A stretch of 61,103 bases of DNA from an uncultured Rickettsiales bacterium (GCA_944392625.1 CALXXG010000055.1:1-61103); one strand, 5' to 3'. Shown: positions 8,781 to 19,157, numbered from the stretch's first letter. Program-made: numbers and translations. The notes: generated by a model not told the origin, from the letters alone.

Positions 8781-9707
8781 ATGGATAGTGATTTTGAATC
8801 TTCTACTGTTTCACGAGTTACTACATGTAATGATTATATGACAACAGAATATTTTAATAAATTACTAGAAGAAAAAAATTACAATAAAATAATAAGGGAT
8901 ATTTTAATAAAAAGAATTACTGCTGATGAACTGTCTGGTTATGATTATTCTTTTATAATATTAGCATATTCTCATTTAGAACAAGATGATAATGCTGATT
9001 TTTATTATAATTTAGCATTAAAAAATAAAAAATTTTCTGAAGAAAATATTATATTTCTGATTCAAGAATTTAATGAAATGGAAAATTATAATTGTGCAAT
9101 AACTGTAGGTCTTGAGGCAATTGAACTCAATTTATTTTCTAAAGAAAATAAATTGAATTTTTTTGAATATGCCGATGAAGTTGGCGCATATAATGCCATA
9201 ATTACTATGGCCAAAAAATTACTTCAAGACTCCGATATAAACAAAAAAGCAAAATTAGATATACATTGTAAAACCATGCACGCATTGAATTGCAAAGAGC
9301 AGTATCAGTCTGCAATTGAATATTTTAACAAAATTTTAAAAGATGGAGAAACAAGCGAAGATATATTTTCGCAAGCCATATTTTCATATTATAAAAGTAA
9401 CAAGTTTAACGAAGCTAGAAAAATATATAAAATGACTAATGAATATAAATCATCACATAAACAATCCATATTTTGGAACTTCATATTAAATCATTTTTAT
9501 AATTTAAGATATTACAAAGACACAGTGGAAATTGGTATTGAAATGTATGAGAGAGGACAAAAAATATTAAAAGAACAATTAGATAAAATGTTAAAATCAT
9601 ATAATGAACTTAATAGTTGCAGATTACAATATGAAAAAAGAATAAAGCAAATAGAAGATAATTTTTATAAAAAAGAAAATTCAAAAAAATTAATATTAAT
9701 TCATTAA
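8781..9707 (+). CDS. Hypothetical protein, possibly TPR-like helical repeats
   Basis: 308 aa ORF with repeated helical Y/A/F-rich segments. No specific family recognised. Confidence 0.4.
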   Translation: MDSDFESSTVSRVTTCNDYMTTEYFNKLLEEKNYNKIIRDILIKRITADELSGYDYSFIILAYSHLEQDDNADFYYNLALKNKKFSEENIIFLIQEFNEMENYNCAITVGLEAIELNLFSKENKLNFFEYADEVGAYNAIITMAKKLLQDSDINKKAKLDIHCKTMHALNCKEQYQSAIEYFNKILKDGETSEDIFSQAIFSYYKSNKFNEARKIYKMTNEYKSSHKQSIFWNFILNHFYNLRYYKDTVEIGIEMYERGQKILKEQLDKMLKSYNELNSCRLQYEKRIKQIEDNFYKKENSKKLILIH

Positions 9708-9769
9708 ATTTTTTATTGAATAATTTATTAAAATATATTAATTTAATACGAGTAATTTATTTTAGCGTA

Positions 9770-10609
9770 ATGGAAAATATCAGTAAATTAGGGTTAATAG
9801 CAGGAAATGGCGATTTGCCACTTTTAATTCTTGAAGAATGCAAGAAGAAAAATATAATACCATTTATAGCAATAATGAAAGATTTTGCGAACGTTGAAAA
9901 ATATAAAAATTTTCAAAATATCACAATTGGATTTGGCGATGTTGGCAAAACTATAGCTTTTTTTAAAAAAAATAATGTAAAAAATTTAGTATTTGCTGGA
10001 GGAGTTAAAAAACCTAATATAAAAACAATATTTCCTGACTTTAAAGGATTTTTTTTACTGTTAAAACTATTAAAGAATAAAGTCTTCGGCGATGACACAA
10101 TTCTGCAAACGACAATACAATTTCTAGAAAAACAAGGGTTTAATGTTATGTCTGTTGATGAAATTTTAAGTGATATAAAGATTAAAGAAGGCATTGTTGG
10201 AAATGTAAAATGGCCTAATAATGACTATATATATGACATAAATTTAGGTATAAAAGTTCTTAAGCAAATGGGCGATTTAGATATAGGACAATCAGTGGTT
10301 ATTCAAAACGGCATTGTCATAGGCATTGAATGTATTGAAGGCACAGAAAAGCTAATTGAAAGATGTGGGCAATTAAAATATACGACCGGCAGAAAACCAA
10401 TATTAGTAAAGATTAAAAAAACAACTCAAACAAAGAAAATAGACTTGCCATCAATTGGAGAAAATACTATAGATCAAGTTAAAAATGCAGGTTTTGCCGG
10501 CATAGCTTTTGATTGCAATAGCGGACTTGTTATCAATAAGCAAACTGTTATAGAAAAAGCTAATGAAAATAAAATTTTTATATATGGAATTAATGTGGAC
10601 AAATTTTAG
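9770..10609 (+). CDS. lpxI: UDP-2,3-diacylglucosamine pyrophosphatase LpxI (DUF1009 family)
   Basis: LGLIAGNGDLPLLI N-terminus and C-terminal IDLPSIGENTIDQVKNAGFAGIAFD. The ATG at 9770 is preferred over the TTG at 9716. Confidence 0.75.
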   Translation: MENISKLGLIAGNGDLPLLILEECKKKNIIPFIAIMKDFANVEKYKNFQNITIGFGDVGKTIAFFKKNNVKNLVFAGGVKKPNIKTIFPDFKGFFLLLKLLKNKVFGDDTILQTTIQFLEKQGFNVMSVDEILSDIKIKEGIVGNVKWPNNDYIYDINLGIKVLKQMGDLDIGQSVVIQNGIVIGIECIEGTEKLIERCGQLKYTTGRKPILVKIKKTTQTKKIDLPSIGENTIDQVKNAGFAGIAFDCNSGLVINKQTVIEKANENKIFIYGINVDKF

Positions 10610-10741
10610 TATTTTTTCTCTAGAAATAGAGTAAATATATTTTCTGCTAAAAAATCCCATTGCCACCATATTAAGAAACAAAAAACAAAAAACATTAAAA
10701 AATACATTGAAAAAATATTTTTCATAAATTACCTCATAAAT

Positions 10742-10769
10742 AAATCTCTCTAAAATTTTAGAGAGATTT
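10742..10769. terminator. Perfect 28-nt palindrome downstream of gyrA
   Basis: AAATCTCTCTAAAA|TTTTAGAGAGATTT, 10 nt beyond the gyrA stop. Confidence 0.65.
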
Positions 10770-10779
10770 AAAATAATAA

Positions 10780-13515
10780 CTATTCATCAGAATCGTCAAT
10801 TTCACATTCAACTTTCGCTACAGAAACAACTTTTTCATCTTCTCCAGCTTTCATTAATGTAACTCCCTGAGTATTTCTACCAGAAATTCTAATGTCCATG
10901 ACTTTAGTTCTGATTACTGTTCCTTTATTTGTAATCATTATAATTTCTTTATCATTTTCAATAGGGAAACTTGCTATTACATTACCATTTCTCTTGGAAG
11001 TAATAATATTTGTAATACCTGTTCCACCTCTGTTTGTTACTCTATACTCATAGGATGAAGTTCTTTTTCCATAACCATTTTCTGTAATAGTTAGAATTAA
11101 CTGTTCGCTTCTTGCCATTGCTTTAATTTTATCTTTTGATAAAACTGACAAAATATCATCAGGTATTTGAACCGGCAATGGTTCGTCAATATTATTCAAA
11201 AGATTGTTTTCATCTTTAGGCATATTATAGACTTCATTAAGTTTTTTTCTAGTGTCTAAATCTATTTTTAGGAAAGCGTCCCTATCTTCAGCAGATTCTG
11301 CCTCAGAGTTTTTCAAAATTGACATAGAAATGACTTCATTATATGGATCTAATTTAATACCTCTAACACCAGTTGAATTTCTACTTTGGAAAACTCTTAG
11401 ATTTTCTAATGGGAATCTAATGCATTTTCCTGTTTTTGAAGATAAAAGAATATCGCTATTGTCATCACAAACAGCAACGCCAACTAATTGCTGTCCGTCT
11501 TCAAGCTTCATTGCAATCTTGCCATTTGATTGAATATTTTCAAAATCAGCCATTGAGTTTCTTCTAACATCTCCTGTATTTGTAGCAAATACAATATTTT
11601 TCTTAATCCATTCTTCTTTTTCACCCAATAATGGCAATATTGTTGAAATAGTTTCGTCCTGTTCTAGAGGTAAAATATTAACAACTGCTCTTCCTTTTGA
11701 TTGATTATTTCCTAAAGGTAATTTATAGGTCTTCATTTTGTAAACCTTGCCTTTACTTGAGAAGAATAGTATAGGAGTATGAGTATTAACTACAAATACA
11801 TCAGTTGTATAGTCCTCGTCATGAACAGTAATTGCAGACTTGCCTTTTCCTCCTCTATGCTGTGCTTTGTAGGAAGAAAGTGGAACCCTTTTTATATACC
11901 CATTCATTGTAGTAATAACAACCATGTCTTCTTTTGGAGTTAAATCTTCAACATCAATATCACCTTCTGCTTCTGTAATAGTGGTTCTTCTTGGAGTTGA
12001 AAATTCATTTTTAACAGCAATTAATTCGTCCTTAACAATCTTGGTTAATTCAATAGGATCTGACAAAATTTTTAAATATTCTTGAATTTCAGCAGATAAT
12101 TCTTTTAATTCCTCATCTATTTTATCACTTTCTAGTCCAGTTAATTTTGATAATCTCATATCAAGAATTGCTCTAGCCTGAACGTCTGTAAAATAGAATC
12201 TACCATTTTCAATTCTATTTCCTCTGTCTTGAATTAAATTCAACATAGCTTGAACAACTGATGCATCCCAATCCCTCCTCATTAATTCTTCTCTTGCTTC
12301 AGCTGTGTCTTTAGCCCCTTTAATTAAAGCTATAACTTCATCAATCTCATTAACTGCAACTCTTAATCCAATTAAAATATGTGCTCTATCTCTAGCTTTT
12401 GCCAACAAAAATTCTGTTCTTCTTGTAACAACATCTTTTCTAAATTTAGTAAATATTTTAATAATATCTAAAACACCTAAACTTTCAGGTCGTCCATTAT
12501 TTAAAGCTAAAATATTAGCTGGAAAATTAGATTGCAATTCGGTAAAACTGTATATTTGACTTAGAATGACTTCAGCATTTCCATCTCTTTTTACCTCAAC
12601 TACTACTCTTATACCCTCTTTGCTTGATTCATCTCTGAGGTCTGAAACGCCTTCAATTTTCTTTTCTTTAACTAGTTCTGCAATTTTTTCAACAAGTTTT
12701 GCCTTGTTTACCTGATATGGAATTGAACTTATGATTATCTGAGATTTTCCGCTTTTTGTTTCCTCAATTTTAGCTTCTCCTCTCATAACTATGCTGCCTC
12801 TGCCATTTCTCATAACGCTTGCATAACCCGCTCTTCCCATAATTAAACCACCCGTAGGGAAATCAGGACCAGGTATTATTTGCAGCATTTCATCATAGGA
12901 TATTTCAGGATTATCAATATAAGCAACCACACCGTCTATAACTTCGCCCAAATTATGAGGTGGAACATTTGTTGCCATACCAACGGCAATACCATTGCTT
13001 CCATTAACCAATAGATTAGGAAATCTAGCGGGAAGCACATTTGGTTCTCTTTCATTTCCATCATAGTTTGGTGAAAAATCAACTGTATCTTTATCCAAGT
13101 CATCTGTAAGTATATGGGCTAATTTTGACATTCTAGCCTCAGTATACCTCATAGCTGCAGCAGGATCGTCATCAATAGAACCAAAGTTTCCCTGTCCATC
13201 AATTAATGGTTCGGACATTGAGAAATCCTGTGCCATTCTAACTAAAGCATCGTAAATAGATGTATCACCATGTGGGTGATATTTACCCATAACATCACCG
13301 ACGATTCTAGCACATTTCTTAAAAGGCTTGTTGTAGTCATAATGATTCTCATACATAGAATATAAAATTCTTCTATGAACTGGTTTCAAACCATCATTAA
13401 CATCAGGAATCGCTCTTGCAATAATAACACTCATTGCATAATCAAGATACGATTTTTTCATTTCTGTAGATATCTCAACGTTTACTATTTCGCCGTGATT
13501 AAATTCTTTTTCCAT
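10780..13515 (-). CDS. gyrA: DNA gyrase subunit A
   Basis: 911 aa. AMSVIIARAIPDVNDGLKPVHRRILY, active-site region AAAMRYTE, C-terminal beta-pinwheel repeats. Confidence 0.97.
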   Translation of the reverse strand: MEKEFNHGEIVNVEISTEMKKSYLDYAMSVIIARAIPDVNDGLKPVHRRILYSMYENHYDYNKPFKKCARIVGDVMGKYHPHGDTSIYDALVRMAQDFSMSEPLIDGQGNFGSIDDDPAAAMRYTEARMSKLAHILTDDLDKDTVDFSPNYDGNEREPNVLPARFPNLLVNGSNGIAVGMATNVPPHNLGEVIDGVVAYIDNPEISYDEMLQIIPGPDFPTGGLIMGRAGYASVMRNGRGSIVMRGEAKIEETKSGKSQIIISSIPYQVNKAKLVEKIAELVKEKKIEGVSDLRDESSKEGIRVVVEVKRDGNAEVILSQIYSFTELQSNFPANILALNNGRPESLGVLDIIKIFTKFRKDVVTRRTEFLLAKARDRAHILIGLRVAVNEIDEVIALIKGAKDTAEAREELMRRDWDASVVQAMLNLIQDRGNRIENGRFYFTDVQARAILDMRLSKLTGLESDKIDEELKELSAEIQEYLKILSDPIELTKIVKDELIAVKNEFSTPRRTTITEAEGDIDVEDLTPKEDMVVITTMNGYIKRVPLSSYKAQHRGGKGKSAITVHDEDYTTDVFVVNTHTPILFFSSKGKVYKMKTYKLPLGNNQSKGRAVVNILPLEQDETISTILPLLGEKEEWIKKNIVFATNTGDVRRNSMADFENIQSNGKIAMKLEDGQQLVGVAVCDDNSDILLSSKTGKCIRFPLENLRVFQSRNSTGVRGIKLDPYNEVISMSILKNSEAESAEDRDAFLKIDLDTRKKLNEVYNMPKDENNLLNNIDEPLPVQIPDDILSVLSKDKIKAMARSEQLILTITENGYGKRTSSYEYRVTNRGGTGITNIITSKRNGNVIASFPIENDKEIIMITNKGTVIRTKVMDIRISGRNTQGVTLMKAGEDEKVVSVAKVECEIDDSDE

Positions 13516-13718
13516 TACTTTTTCTTCTTTTATTTTTTTATTATATCAACTAAACAATTATAATATTCCTTAATATTTTTAATTCAAGAAAAATTTGTCA
13601 AAAAACTAATAAATGGCTTAAAATATGATTTAGATTAGTTAATATTTTTTAAAAAAATACTTGAATAGTGCAAATTTTTGTGATATGATATATTTTGTGT
13701 TAATAATTTTATGAAAAA

Positions 13719-13988
13719 ATGAAAAAAATTACACCAAAAAGTTCATTACTTATGACTCCATTAAACGCAACCTCAGAATTAACTAGAGAAAATAATGGAA
13801 ATGTTACTCCTGTATTTCAATCTAGAGTATTTAACGAATTAGATCCGCTAAATACACCATCATCAGCATCTTCTGAAAGTACTTTTATGGAGTCAACTAA
13901 AGAAGATAGAGAACTTATTATTCCAGAATTCTATCACAATAGAAGAAATGGAAATAATGGAAGAAGAGGAAACCCACACATAATGTAA
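13719..13988 (+). CDS. Small hypothetical protein (S/T/P/N-rich, likely disordered)
   Basis: 89 aa ORF followed by a perfect 32-nt palindromic terminator. No family recognised. Confidence 0.4.
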   Translation: MKKITPKSSLLMTPLNATSELTRENNGNVTPVFQSRVFNELDPLNTPSSASSESTFMESTKEDRELIIPEFYHNRRNGNNGRRGNPHIM

Positions 13989-13997
13989 TATTAATTT

Positions 13998-14029
13998 AAT
14001 AGTATATAAACTATAGTTTATATACTATT
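13998..14029 (+). terminator. Perfect 32-nt palindrome followed by a T-run
   Basis: AATAGTATATAAACTA|TAGTTTATATACTATT then TTTATA. Confidence 0.6.
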
Positions 14030-14109
14030 TTTATAAAACATAAATACTTTTCATTGCAAAAATAAAAATTATCTATATATTATTGATATAAAAATTATTT
14101 ATTATTCAA

Positions 14110-15360
14110 TTGGTTGATGTAATAAAAGAATATACGGTATCAGAGATTGTAAAGGGTATAAAAGATACCCTTGAGGCTAAGTATTTCTATATAAAAATCA
14201 AAGGTGAAATTAGTAATTTCAAAAAACATCCCAGCGGACATTTATATTTTTCTTTAAAAGACGAAGATTCAATGATAAATGTTGTGATGTTTAAAAGCTA
14301 TGCAGATTTTTGCAAGATAGATTTAGACAATGGAATGGAAGTTATTGCAGCCGGAAGATTGACAATATATAAAGAAAGATCAAATTATCAATTATTAGCC
14401 GAGGGTATTCAAATAAGCGGTGTCGGCAGTCTTTTAAAAATAATTCAAGAAAGAAAAGAAAAACTAGCAAAAGAAGGACTTTTTGATATTGCAAGAAAAA
14501 AGCCAATTCCACGATTGCCAAAAAATGCAGCATTAATTACAGCAGAAAGTGGTGCTGCTATTCATGATATATTATCAAGACTTAAAGGCAGAACTCCAAT
14601 TTCTTTAATATTGTATTCTGTATTGATGCAGGGCAAAGATGCACCAAGCGAAATAATAAAAGCAATAGAATATTTCAATAGTCTTGATGAAGGAGACAGA
14701 CCTCAAGTTATTGTAATAACAAGGGGCGGAGGATCAATAGAAGATCTAATGGCGTTTAATGATGAAAATCTTGTCAGGGCTGTTGCAAATTCAAAAATTC
14801 CAACAATTTCTGCCGTTGGGCATGAAGTAGACTGGACATTAATAGACTACGCAAGTGATTTGCGACTCCCAACGCCAACTTCTGTTGCCGAATATTTAAC
14901 CATAAGCAAGGAGCAAGCCTATAAAGATTTATATAACCTGACCGTTAGGTTATATTCAACTTTAGTTGTAAAAAATTTTTACAAAATGGCTAAACTTATT
15001 GAAATATTTTCTGATTTTATAAAAAAGCGAACAGAGAAATTCATAAAAAATAACTATCTATTAAAATCTTATTTTATAAGGTTTAATAATCTATTCAGAA
15101 TTATTGTTGAAAAATACAAACGCAAAAAGTTTTTTCTTAAAAAAATTGATTTAAATAAAATCATAAAAAATAAGATTAATTTTATTGAACAAAAACTAAG
15201 ATTTTTTGAGATTAAACTTGACAACTATATAAATAAATATCCAATCCTTAAGGACACTTTGGGAAACGAAATCAAATTTAAAAAAGAAATTCTTTTAAAC
15301 AAAAATTATATTTTAGAATTTCCAGATGGCAATGTAAAAGTAAAAATTGTAAAAATGTAA
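14110..15360 (+). CDS. xseA: Exodeoxyribonuclease VII large subunit
   Basis: OB-fold N-terminus VSEIVKGIKDTLE...IKGEISNFKKHPSGHLYFSLKD, central GRTPISLILYSVLMQG...ITRGGGSIEDL. TTG start. Confidence 0.85.
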   Translation: MVDVIKEYTVSEIVKGIKDTLEAKYFYIKIKGEISNFKKHPSGHLYFSLKDEDSMINVVMFKSYADFCKIDLDNGMEVIAAGRLTIYKERSNYQLLAEGIQISGVGSLLKIIQERKEKLAKEGLFDIARKKPIPRLPKNAALITAESGAAIHDILSRLKGRTPISLILYSVLMQGKDAPSEIIKAIEYFNSLDEGDRPQVIVITRGGGSIEDLMAFNDENLVRAVANSKIPTISAVGHEVDWTLIDYASDLRLPTPTSVAEYLTISKEQAYKDLYNLTVRLYSTLVVKNFYKMAKLIEIFSDFIKKRTEKFIKNNYLLKSYFIRFNNLFRIIVEKYKRKKFFLKKIDLNKIIKNKINFIEQKLRFFEIKLDNYINKYPILKDTLGNEIKFKKEILLNKNYILEFPDGNVKVKIVKM

Positions 15361-15442
15361 TATTTTGAAACAAAAAATTGTTTGAATATATACTAATAAT
15401 TATATAAAAAATAATTAGTTAATTCAATATTTTGGGAGAAAT

Positions 15443-17278
15443 ATGTGCGGAATTTTTGGTATTATAGGCAATAATAATGTTGTGCCAGGTTTAGTTCGCG
15501 GTTTAAAATATCTTGAATATAGAGGCTATGATTCAGCTGGCATTTCAATTGTAAATAATCAAAAAATAAAAACAATTAAAAAAGTTGGAAAGGTTAGCGA
15601 ATTAGAAAAAGCAGTTGAAAATCTTAGCAGCAATATTGGCATAGCCCATTCAAGATGGGCAACTCATGGCAAACCTACGGAATTGAATGCCCATCCTCAT
15701 ACAAGTTGCGATGTGGTTGTGTCAGTTGTCCACAATGGAATAATTGAGAATTATAAAGAGCTTAAAGAAGAACTTACAAGGCTTGGCTACCATTTTAAAA
15801 GCGAAACAGATACGGAAGTAATACCTAATTTAATTTCATACTATTCAAAAAAAGAAAAAACTCATAAAGACGCAATTCATAAAGCTTTAAAAAAATTAGA
15901 AGGGGCTTTTGGCATTGCGGCAATTTTTGCTGATGATGATAAACATATATATTGTGCCCGCAGGGGATCACCACTATTATTGGGTCTTGGCAAAAATGAA
16001 AATTACGTATCTTCAGGACTTTCAGCTTTTACCGGCTTAACAAATAAGATAATTTCACTAAATGAAGATGATTTTGCAATAATTTCAAATGAAGGTTGTG
16101 AAATTTTTGATAAAGATGGCAATAGAGTTGAAAGGGAAATTGAAACTATAAGCATAGATAATATAAATGTTGATAAGGGCGATTTTGCACATTTTATGCT
16201 TAAGGAAATATATGAAGAGCCTAAAGTTGTAAGACAAACTATAAAAGAATATATAGATGCAAAAAATAAAAAAATACTTTTTCCGCATTTTGACTTTGAT
16301 TTAGGCAAAATGGAAAGACTGAATATTGTATCATGCGGAACATCCTATTATGCTAGTTTCATTGCGAAATATTTTATAGAAAATATTGCAAAAATTAGAG
16401 TTGATATTGATATAGCTTCAGAGTTTAGATATAAAAATCAAGTATTATCAAAAGATGACATATCAATGTTTATTTCACAGTCCGGAGAAACTGCTGACAC
16501 TATTGGGGCATTAAAATTATGCAAAGAAAATGGACAAAAAATAATATCGCTTGTAAATGTTTTGCAAAGTAATATCGCTTATCTTTCTGACATAGTTTTA
16601 AAAACCCTTGCTGGTGCAGAAATAGGGGTTGCAAGCACAAAAGCTTTAACTGGACAGCTGGTCGTTCTTTATCTATTGGGACTAGAAATTGCTATGGCAA
16701 AAAAGACAATAACAAATGCAGAATATGAAAAATATATTGACGATTTAATAACCATGCCAGATATTTTAGCTGATTTTTTAAACAATAAAGATGAAATTAA
16801 TAATATAAAAGAAATTGCAAAAAAAGTAAAGGATAAAAATTTCTTTATGTTCATAGGAAGAGGCATCTATTATCCACTTGCTCTTGAAGGTGCCCTAAAA
16901 CTCAAAGAAATTAGCTATATACCTTGTGAAGGCATTGCGGCCGGAGAACTTAAACATGGACCAATAGCCCTAATTGATAAAAACACCTATATTTTTGCAA
17001 TAAATCCAACAAGTGATGTATTTGATAAAACATCATCAAATATTGAAGAAATTATTGCTAGAGAGGGAAAAATAGTTCTTATAACTGACAAAGAAGGCGT
17101 AAAAAGTTTAAATGGTAAATTTGTGGAAAAAATAGAGGTTGAAAAAAATAAAAATCAAATGATTTCAGCCATTGAGTGCCTTTTGCCAATTCAACTCATA
17201 GCCTATTATATTTCTTTAGAAAGAGGAAATAATATTGATAAGCCTAGAAATTTAGCAAAATCCGTGACAGTTGAATAA
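15443..17278 (+). CDS. glmS: Glutamine--fructose-6-phosphate aminotransferase
   Basis: MCGIFGI N-terminal nucleophile, two SIS domains, C-terminal KPRNLAKSVTVE. Confidence 0.97.
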   Translation: MCGIFGIIGNNNVVPGLVRGLKYLEYRGYDSAGISIVNNQKIKTIKKVGKVSELEKAVENLSSNIGIAHSRWATHGKPTELNAHPHTSCDVVVSVVHNGIIENYKELKEELTRLGYHFKSETDTEVIPNLISYYSKKEKTHKDAIHKALKKLEGAFGIAAIFADDDKHIYCARRGSPLLLGLGKNENYVSSGLSAFTGLTNKIISLNEDDFAIISNEGCEIFDKDGNRVEREIETISIDNINVDKGDFAHFMLKEIYEEPKVVRQTIKEYIDAKNKKILFPHFDFDLGKMERLNIVSCGTSYYASFIAKYFIENIAKIRVDIDIASEFRYKNQVLSKDDISMFISQSGETADTIGALKLCKENGQKIISLVNVLQSNIAYLSDIVLKTLAGAEIGVASTKALTGQLVVLYLLGLEIAMAKKTITNAEYEKYIDDLITMPDILADFLNNKDEINNIKEIAKKVKDKNFFMFIGRGIYYPLALEGALKLKEISYIPCEGIAAGELKHGPIALIDKNTYIFAINPTSDVFDKTSSNIEEIIAREGKIVLITDKEGVKSLNGKFVEKIEVEKNKNQMISAIECLLPIQLIAYYISLERGNNIDKPRNLAKSVTVE

Positions 17279-17399
17279 TTTTAAATAATTTAATTATAGA
17301 TTGTATTGAAATAAGCAATAATTTTTATTATTAATAAGCCAAGGTATATAAAATAAAAAAAATCAATAAATCTTAATTAACAAACAAAAATCAACCTGC

Positions 17400-18335
17400 T
17401 ATTTTAGCTGATAGTCCTTCGTTTTTTTGGCAAACTTCGGTATCAACGATGGCATATAAGTATTATTTCTGATACAAAAATTTACTGGAAAAAATTAATG
17501 CTTGTATCAAATTTAATAGCTTATACTCGCCGTTTACAGAATCCTAAACGTCAAAAGAAAAAATGAAACCTGGTTATTTTTTTTAAGACTTATGGCTTAA
17601 TGTGCTCTTCTCCACGAATAAAATTAATGGTTGAAAACAAGCATTACAGAATGAAATGGAGTATTTTTATAAAAATAAACTTAATATAATAATAAAAAAA
17701 CAATAGAGCTTGATCTTTCATACCAACAGTTTGTCATAACGACCGTAGAGCTATTTCATATTGTCTAATTACTAAGGCCAGATTCGACAACAAGTCTAAC
17801 TATTGATTTTAGGAACACAACAGTAACCCACCAGCTAAGCTGGTGGTTCTTCTTTTTCTTTCAGCAAACTGCGGGCATGAGTTGTCAAACTTCGGTATCA
17901 GTGATATTATGCAAGCATATATCACTGATACACTCGTTTTCCAACATCCAGCCCTTGTTGTTCTTTCAGCAAACTGCATCCGTAAGTCGTCAAATAAAAA
18001 AATAAATAAATTTATTTTTTATATTTTCCAACATTTAGGGCTTGTTATTCCTCCGGCAAACTTCGGACATGAGTTGGAAAATGAAATGTAGTATTTTTAC
18101 AAGAATAAACCATACAATAATAAGAACAAACAATATAATAATAAAAAAAGAAATAGTAAAAACAAATGGAATGCGAAAACAAGATGGGTGTAATGCAGAT
18201 AACTTGTGAAGCAAGACATCTGCAATCACAAGATTGTCATACCGCTGATGTCTGCTGTAGCGAAGCGAAGGACTACCTCATATTGTCTCATCAATAAGGC
18301 TAAAGTGAACCCCCAGTCTAACTGGGGGTTTTAGA
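17400..18335 (+). repeat. Duplicated noncoding repeat block (two ~450-nt units with internal sub-repeats and GC-rich terminator-like hairpins)
   Basis: Three shared segments between the units: GAATGAAATGGAGTATTTTTATAAAAATAAAC (17649) vs AAATGAAATGTAGTATTTTTACAAGAATAAAC (18078); TTGTCATAACG (17731) vs TTGTCATACCG (18234); TCATATTGTCT (17756 and 18278). The (G/C)CAAACT(T/G)CGG-type motif occurs 5 times. Hairpins are CCACCAGC-TAA-GCTGGTGG (17828-17846), CCCCCAGT-CTA-ACTGGGGG+TTTT (18310-18332), and a 13-bp stem at 17895-17931. Confidence 0.7.
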
Positions 18336-18346
18336 GATACAAAAAT

Positions 18347-18370
18347 AAATCCATCTAAACTGATGGATTT
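18347..18370 (-). terminator. rpmA terminator hairpin
   Basis: AAATCCATC-N6-GATGGATTT, followed by a T-run on the minus strand. Confidence 0.6.
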
Positions 18371-18392
18371 ATTATAATAAATTAGAATAAAA

Positions 18393-18662
18393 TTATATAT
18401 TTTCAGGAAGTTCAATAACGCTAATATAAACTTTTTCGTTTCTTCCTTTTTTAGCAAACTTAACTATACCAGCAACTTTTGCAAAAATTGTATGATCTCT
18501 ACCAAGACCAACATTTTCGCCTGGATGCCATCTAGTTCCTCTTTGTCTGCAGATTATATTTCCTGCTTTAACTAATTGTTCGCCATTCTTTTTTAATCCT
18601 AATCTTCTTCCGGCTGAGTCTTTTTTTTGACTGGTTGCGCCACCGCCTTTCTTATGTGCCAT
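18393..18662 (-). CDS. rpmA: 50S ribosomal protein L27
   Basis: [22 protein letters not shown]... Confidence 0.95.
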   Translation of the reverse strand: MAHKKGGGATSQKKDSAGRRLGLKKNGEQLVKAGNIICRQRGTRWHPGENVGLGRDHTIFAKVAGIVKFAKKGRNEKVYISVIELPENI

Positions 18663-18683
18663 TTTTTACTCCACTATTATTTA

Positions 18684-19001
18684 TTAACTAATTTTTATGT
18701 CTAAAATTTTTAGCTCTGTTTTGAGTTGTCTATGACCATTTTTTCTTCTAGAATTTTTTCTTCTTCTCTTAACAAAGTCTATAACTTTATCATCTTTGTA
18801 AGTTTTTACGATTTCAGCTTCAACTTTAACATTGTCCAATAATGGTTTTCCAATTAACGTAGTTCCATCTTCGTTTTGAACAAGTAAAACATTATCTAGG
18901 GTAATTTTTGAACCTTCATCACCCTCAATTTTTTCAACATTTATTTTATTACCTGGAGCAACTCTATATTGATTACCGCCAGTTTCAACTATTGCAAACA
19001 T
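18684..19001 (-). CDS. rplU: 50S ribosomal protein L21
   Basis: MFAIVETGGNQYRV. The ATG at 19001 is preferred over the upstream TTG at 19013. Confidence 0.92.
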   Translation of the reverse strand: MFAIVETGGNQYRVAPGNKINVEKIEGDEGSKITLDNVLLVQNEDGTTLIGKPLLDNVKVEAEIVKTYKDDKVIDFVKRRRKNSRRKNGHRQLKTELKILDIKIS

Positions 19002-19157
19002 TTCTTTTCTCAATTTAAATTAATAATCTTATAATTTTTGGAAACAGCTTGTCTTAAATAAATACAATAAAATAAATTTTTGTCAAGTAAAAAGTTTTAT
19101 ATCATGAGACATTTTTTTGTTATTTTTATAAAAATAATCAAAAAACTTTTTTATTTT

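Noticed and set aside
9716-9769. N-terminal extensions suggested by the ORF track for lpxI (TTG 9716), lpxA (TTG 35684), the arginine decarboxylase (35109), rplU (TTG 19013) and HEPN (TTG 59537).
   Set aside because: Downstream ATG starts give family-typical N-termini and lengths, and in one case (35052) a strong SD (AAGGAG). The extensions are hydrophobic or low-complexity and unsupported.
17843-18091. The 82-aa ORF inside the repeat block, with repeated LSANCGHELSNFG-like peptides.
   Set aside because: The peptide repeats simply mirror the DNA sub-repeats. There is no SD and no family resemblance. The ORF spans hairpin and terminator-like structures.
17412-18275. A 10-nt inverted match (TAGTCCTTCG at 17412-17421 vs CGAAGGACTA at 18266-18275) as terminal inverted repeats of a mobile element.
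   Set aside because: Only 10 nt match, there is no flanking target-site duplication and no transposase. A single such match within about 1 kb could be chance.
17380-18340. A CRISPR array or tmRNA in the repeat block (a GATTCGAC-like string at 17781-17788 and CCACCA at 17828).
   Set aside because: The repeats are irregular in length and spacing, and no direct-repeat/spacer periodicity exists. There is no T-arm (GGTTCGA-type), no acceptor stem and no tag ORF ending in a typical ...AA stop context. The CCACCA is simply part of a hairpin stem.
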